From contig NC_068995.1 in NCBI RefSeq assembly GCF_001194135.2, forward strand, positions 36,828,777 to 36,892,776: a stretch of DNA of 64,000 bases. The letters run 5' to 3'. The translations under genes and the position numbers were made by a program. The notes below the pieces were generated by a model. That model saw only the letters and a program-made list of their open reading frames with translations, had not been told where the DNA came from and searched no databases. Positions 60,574 through 64,000 of this stretch are shown here, in pieces. This DNA is from Octopus bimaculoides. Taxonomy: Eukaryota. Positions within the stretch are counted from its first letter, which is position 1. Every line of letters begins with the position of its first letter.

Positions 60574-62609
60574 GTAAGTGTTATCTCCTTTTGTTATTTG
60601 ACATTTTCCCTATTTTCCTTTCAGTGTAGTATTTTGATCCTTGTGAAATTAAATATCAGAACATGCTCATAACTGGTTTGATATTATAAAGAATCGAGGA
60701 TTTATCATCTATGTCTTAGCTATTTCCATTATCAAAGACAAGAATGAAGGCAGCAAGTTGGCAGAATTGTTAGCACACTGGGCAAAATGCTCAAAAGCGT
60801 TTCTTTTGGCTTTACATTCATCATCATCATTGTCATTTAACGTCCGCTTTCCATGCTAGCATGGGTTGGACGATTTGACTGAGGACTGGTGAAACCAGAT
60901 GGTTAAATTCTGATGAGGTCAGCTTTGTCTTTCATCCTTTCGGTGGCAATAAAATAAGTACCAGCTGAGCACTGGGGATGATGTAATTGACTAGCCCCCT
61001 CCCAACAAAATTTCTGGCCTTGTGCTCATAGTAGAAAGAATTAATAATGATGAATAATGATGAGAAAATTCAAGTCAATGAGGGTTCTTCTGCGTGGTTA
61101 TCTGGCCAGGTCAATGTAGCTGCCATATATTCTCATGTGTTTTTCTCCATCACAACATAGGAATGAGAAAGGAAGGGGTGATGGCAAACTGGTGGGATGG
61201 TGAACATTCAACTTTGAAAAGAAAAATCATCTCTGTGTGAGTATATATATGTATGTGTGTGCGTGTACAAGGGAAGTATGTGAACATTGCCAAGAGTATT
61301 AATTTGATTTACCATCCATATTTATGTATAAAATACTACAATTATCCGTCACTTTTGATGGCACGGGGCCAGCTGGCAGAATCACTTGCATGGCAGGCAA
61401 AATACTTAGTGGCATTTTGTCTGCCTTTATATTCTGAGTTCAAATTCTGCTGGGGTCGATGAAACTGATTTACTCCTTCCCCCAAAACTGCTGGCCTTGT
61501 GCCAAAATTTGAAACTAATATTTAAGGTAGTATACTGACATGTTGGACAAAATGCTTGTGGAATTTCTTCTGGCTGTTTATGTTCTGCGTTCAAAGTACT
61601 GCTGTGGTTGTCTTTGCATTCCATCCTTTTGGAGCCAATAAAATAAGTCACAGTGCAGTACTGGGATTGATGTAATCAGCTTTCCACTACCCCTGGAACT
61701 GCTGGCTCTGTGCTAAAATTAGAAAGGATTCTTATCTTCAATACAGAGACCACAGGTTTAAAATTCTGATCCTAGTGTAGAGATATGATGGAAACAGACA
61801 AATTTTGGTGGTGGAAGCTATCAGCAGAAGAAGAAAGACAAATGAGAAATGGGAAGAAGTGATGAGGTTAGTCATAATCTAGAATACTGAGACTTAAAGA
61901 AAGGATGATGAGAAATGTATTGTTTTAAATGGCAGACATATTAACTTATAGCAGCATAGGAAATTGAATATTAAAACAATGATGATGATGATGGTGTTGA
62001 TGATGATGACGACGACGACTACAACAATGATATTGATGACAAAGACAATAATGTTGATGATGCTAATGATGTTGTTGAGTTTTTTTATTTGCCACAAGGG
62101 AGATAAAGGAGAGGACATTACAAGAAATAAAAATTACAAAAACAAACACATACAAATAAAAAAATAGGGTTTTATGTATGATAGGTTATGAAAAAAAAAA
62201 AAGAAGAGAAAAATAGAACTTTTAGCAAACTCTTTAGAAAGCAGTACTTCCTTTGGTACTTTCATCTTCTTCCTTAAATGAATTTTCAAGAAGTTGATGA
62301 GGAATTAGTTGAAGAAGAAAATGTCTGTGTTCAGTCCTTTCAATCTTGTCCACCATACAATCTTCTTTACCTCAGCCGCTAGAAAGAGGAAGCTATCTTT
62401 TGTTCCTAGCCAAATGAGGGAAACAAGCTGATCCACTTGATAACTTTGATTGATAAATAACTGGATCTGCTGACATCAATCCACAAATTTGTAATGCTCA
62501 ATCATTGAACAATGCATGCAGAATATATTGTTTTTTGCTTTGTGCATATCTTGTGTGTACCTGGTATTTTTATAATAGTAGGGTTTATCCTTTCTACCTA
62601 TCTGTCTAG

Positions 62610-63590
62610 CCAGGCAACTTGTCTGGACTAATGCAACTCTTCCATGCCAAGTGTTGCTATCTTTCATAACAGTCTTCATATCCGTAACTTAATATCCGGT
62701 GCCTTCTGTAAGTTTTTTGATATATGTTCTTAGTCTGCTAATACTTGTATGTCCATTCATGAGTTTCCAGAGAAGGAGGTCAATGGATATTTCATCCTTG
62801 TTTCTCCAGCATTGTCCTGCATAATACGTTCTTCTTTCTCTGATCACCAAGATGATGGTAGGAAAACTGCCATACAGTTACAACAGTTGAATTCAACTCC
62901 ATGTTTGGCCACAAGGAAATCATAACTTGATCACGTGTGCAAACACAATTTCCATCCAGTCAATGGCTTGTGTTCATATGATAATCTAGCAGTATGACTT
63001 GGACTTTCTGTGGATAGAACCTTCAAACACAGCGCATTTTAGAACAGAAAGGACAGTGGATTCAGTCCTTGGTGGAGTTTGCTCTTGATTCATCTGTTCT
63101 CATAGCTATATATTCAACCTGATATGATAAATGAAGAAACATGCCATAACAAAATGGCAACAAGAATTTGCATTGACGTGTAAAAATTAGCCTGAATGTT
63201 GAATTTCTGATGAAGATCTCCTTCTCTTGTAATATATGTCAATATAAAATTTACTCTACTTGTATTGCATGAACACTGTTGTATTGATGTAGCAATAAAT
63301 AATGTTTAAATACTGACAAAAATTTTTCTTCATGACTGTGCCACACAGTCACTGTTTTGTAAGAAAGATTGAAAACTGCATGAAGCATTCTTGTGTGTGT
63401 ACCATCAAGCTAGAGTTCAGTGTTCATACTGAAGAGCCATACAGAAGTACTGATTCAATGACTGCTTTGAAGAAACTTACCTCTCTTCATGTTGTCAGGA
63501 AGAAAGGATTTCAACATAATTTTGTATCTGTTGAAGCCACTCCATGCTTCTGTAATTCTTACCTGGACCTGCTTGTCTTTTGAAAAGAAT
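62610..63590 (-). mobile_element. Old RTE-like LINE C-terminal remnant in two pieces (63352-63590 and 62610-62853)
   Basis: AVIESVLLYGSS...LDGTHTRML then IRERRTYYAGQCWRNKDE...LLLWK...TYIKKL; about 500 nt of unrelated sequence between the pieces. Confidence 0.7.
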
Positions 63591-63716
63591 TATCTTACAT
63601 AGGTAATATTCTTTGGTAGCACTACCAGGGCAAGGATTTCTAGAAGTTTTCCATCTTGTCAATGCCTAATCTCCCTTAGATTGTTGTTATTCTTGCCTAC
63701 CATTGACTGTTTATAG

Positions 63717-63785
63717 CAGTGGTCTTCAACCATTTTTTGCACAACAGATCACTTTCACGCAAGACAATTTTTCCACAGATTGGGG
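63717..63785. mobile_element. hAT/Charlie-type terminal fragment
   Basis: CAGTGGTCTTCAACCATTTTTTGCAC...GCAAGACAATTTTTCCACAGA resembles the MER1/Charlie3 terminus as I recall it; preceded by an AT-rich 8-mer. Confidence 0.5.
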
Positions 63786-64000
63786 AATCACACACATAAT
63801 TAAACCCAATAAAGTGCATAATATATAATTTAATTATCTATTTCAAATTTTGGCTCAAGCTCAGTAAGTTCAGGGGAGGCGGGGGCTTGTTGATTACATC
63901 GGCCCCCAGTTCTCAATTCATACTTATTTTATTGATTCCAAAAGGATGAAAGGCAAAGTCAACCTCACTGGAATTTGAACTCAGAATGAAAAGATGAATG

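Noticed and set aside
62286-62380. Possible next CCDC81 exon (KVDEELVEEENVCVQ...)
   Set aside because: Phase would fit, but it reaches a stop with no convincing donor and has no similarity to the expected CCDC81 'CQDH..GQE.CY.C' region

Overview
Eukaryotic, AT-rich, repeat-dense genomic DNA with 11 assembly gaps (N runs). The SINE, RTE and microsatellite content suggests an octopod cephalopod (inference; no database search was run). Two spliced + strand genes were rebuilt by hand with consistent splice phases. (1) The 3' part of a ZC3H4/ZC3H6 (Su(s)) ortholog: 9 exons, 532-14873, with CCCH fingers, IPSLF, LPPKQKELFMRIQQ and WYSSDEDE motifs, 10 DPR motifs and a C-terminal DPTASPFC. (2) The 5' part of CCDC81: 6 exons, 26542-60573, continuing past the window. 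Introns and the intergenic region hold several SINE families, RTE and L1/Tx1 LINE remnants, a two-LTR Gypsy element with a tRNA-Trp PBS, Tc1/mariner elements and MITEs, a Helentron-type HINE, and hAT and piggyBac-like ends. The most notable hidden signal is eight minimal type I hammerhead-ribozyme-like motifs in about five Penelope-like repeat families between 24.2 and 58.9 kb. One family shares a non-canonical core (CUGUUGA/CUGUGGA/CCGUGGA). One copy has an intact core and sits inside a 109-bp-arm inverted repeat in a CCDC81 intron. Ribozyme activity is untested. Most ORFs in the supplied track are artefacts of gaps, microsatellites or repeats.
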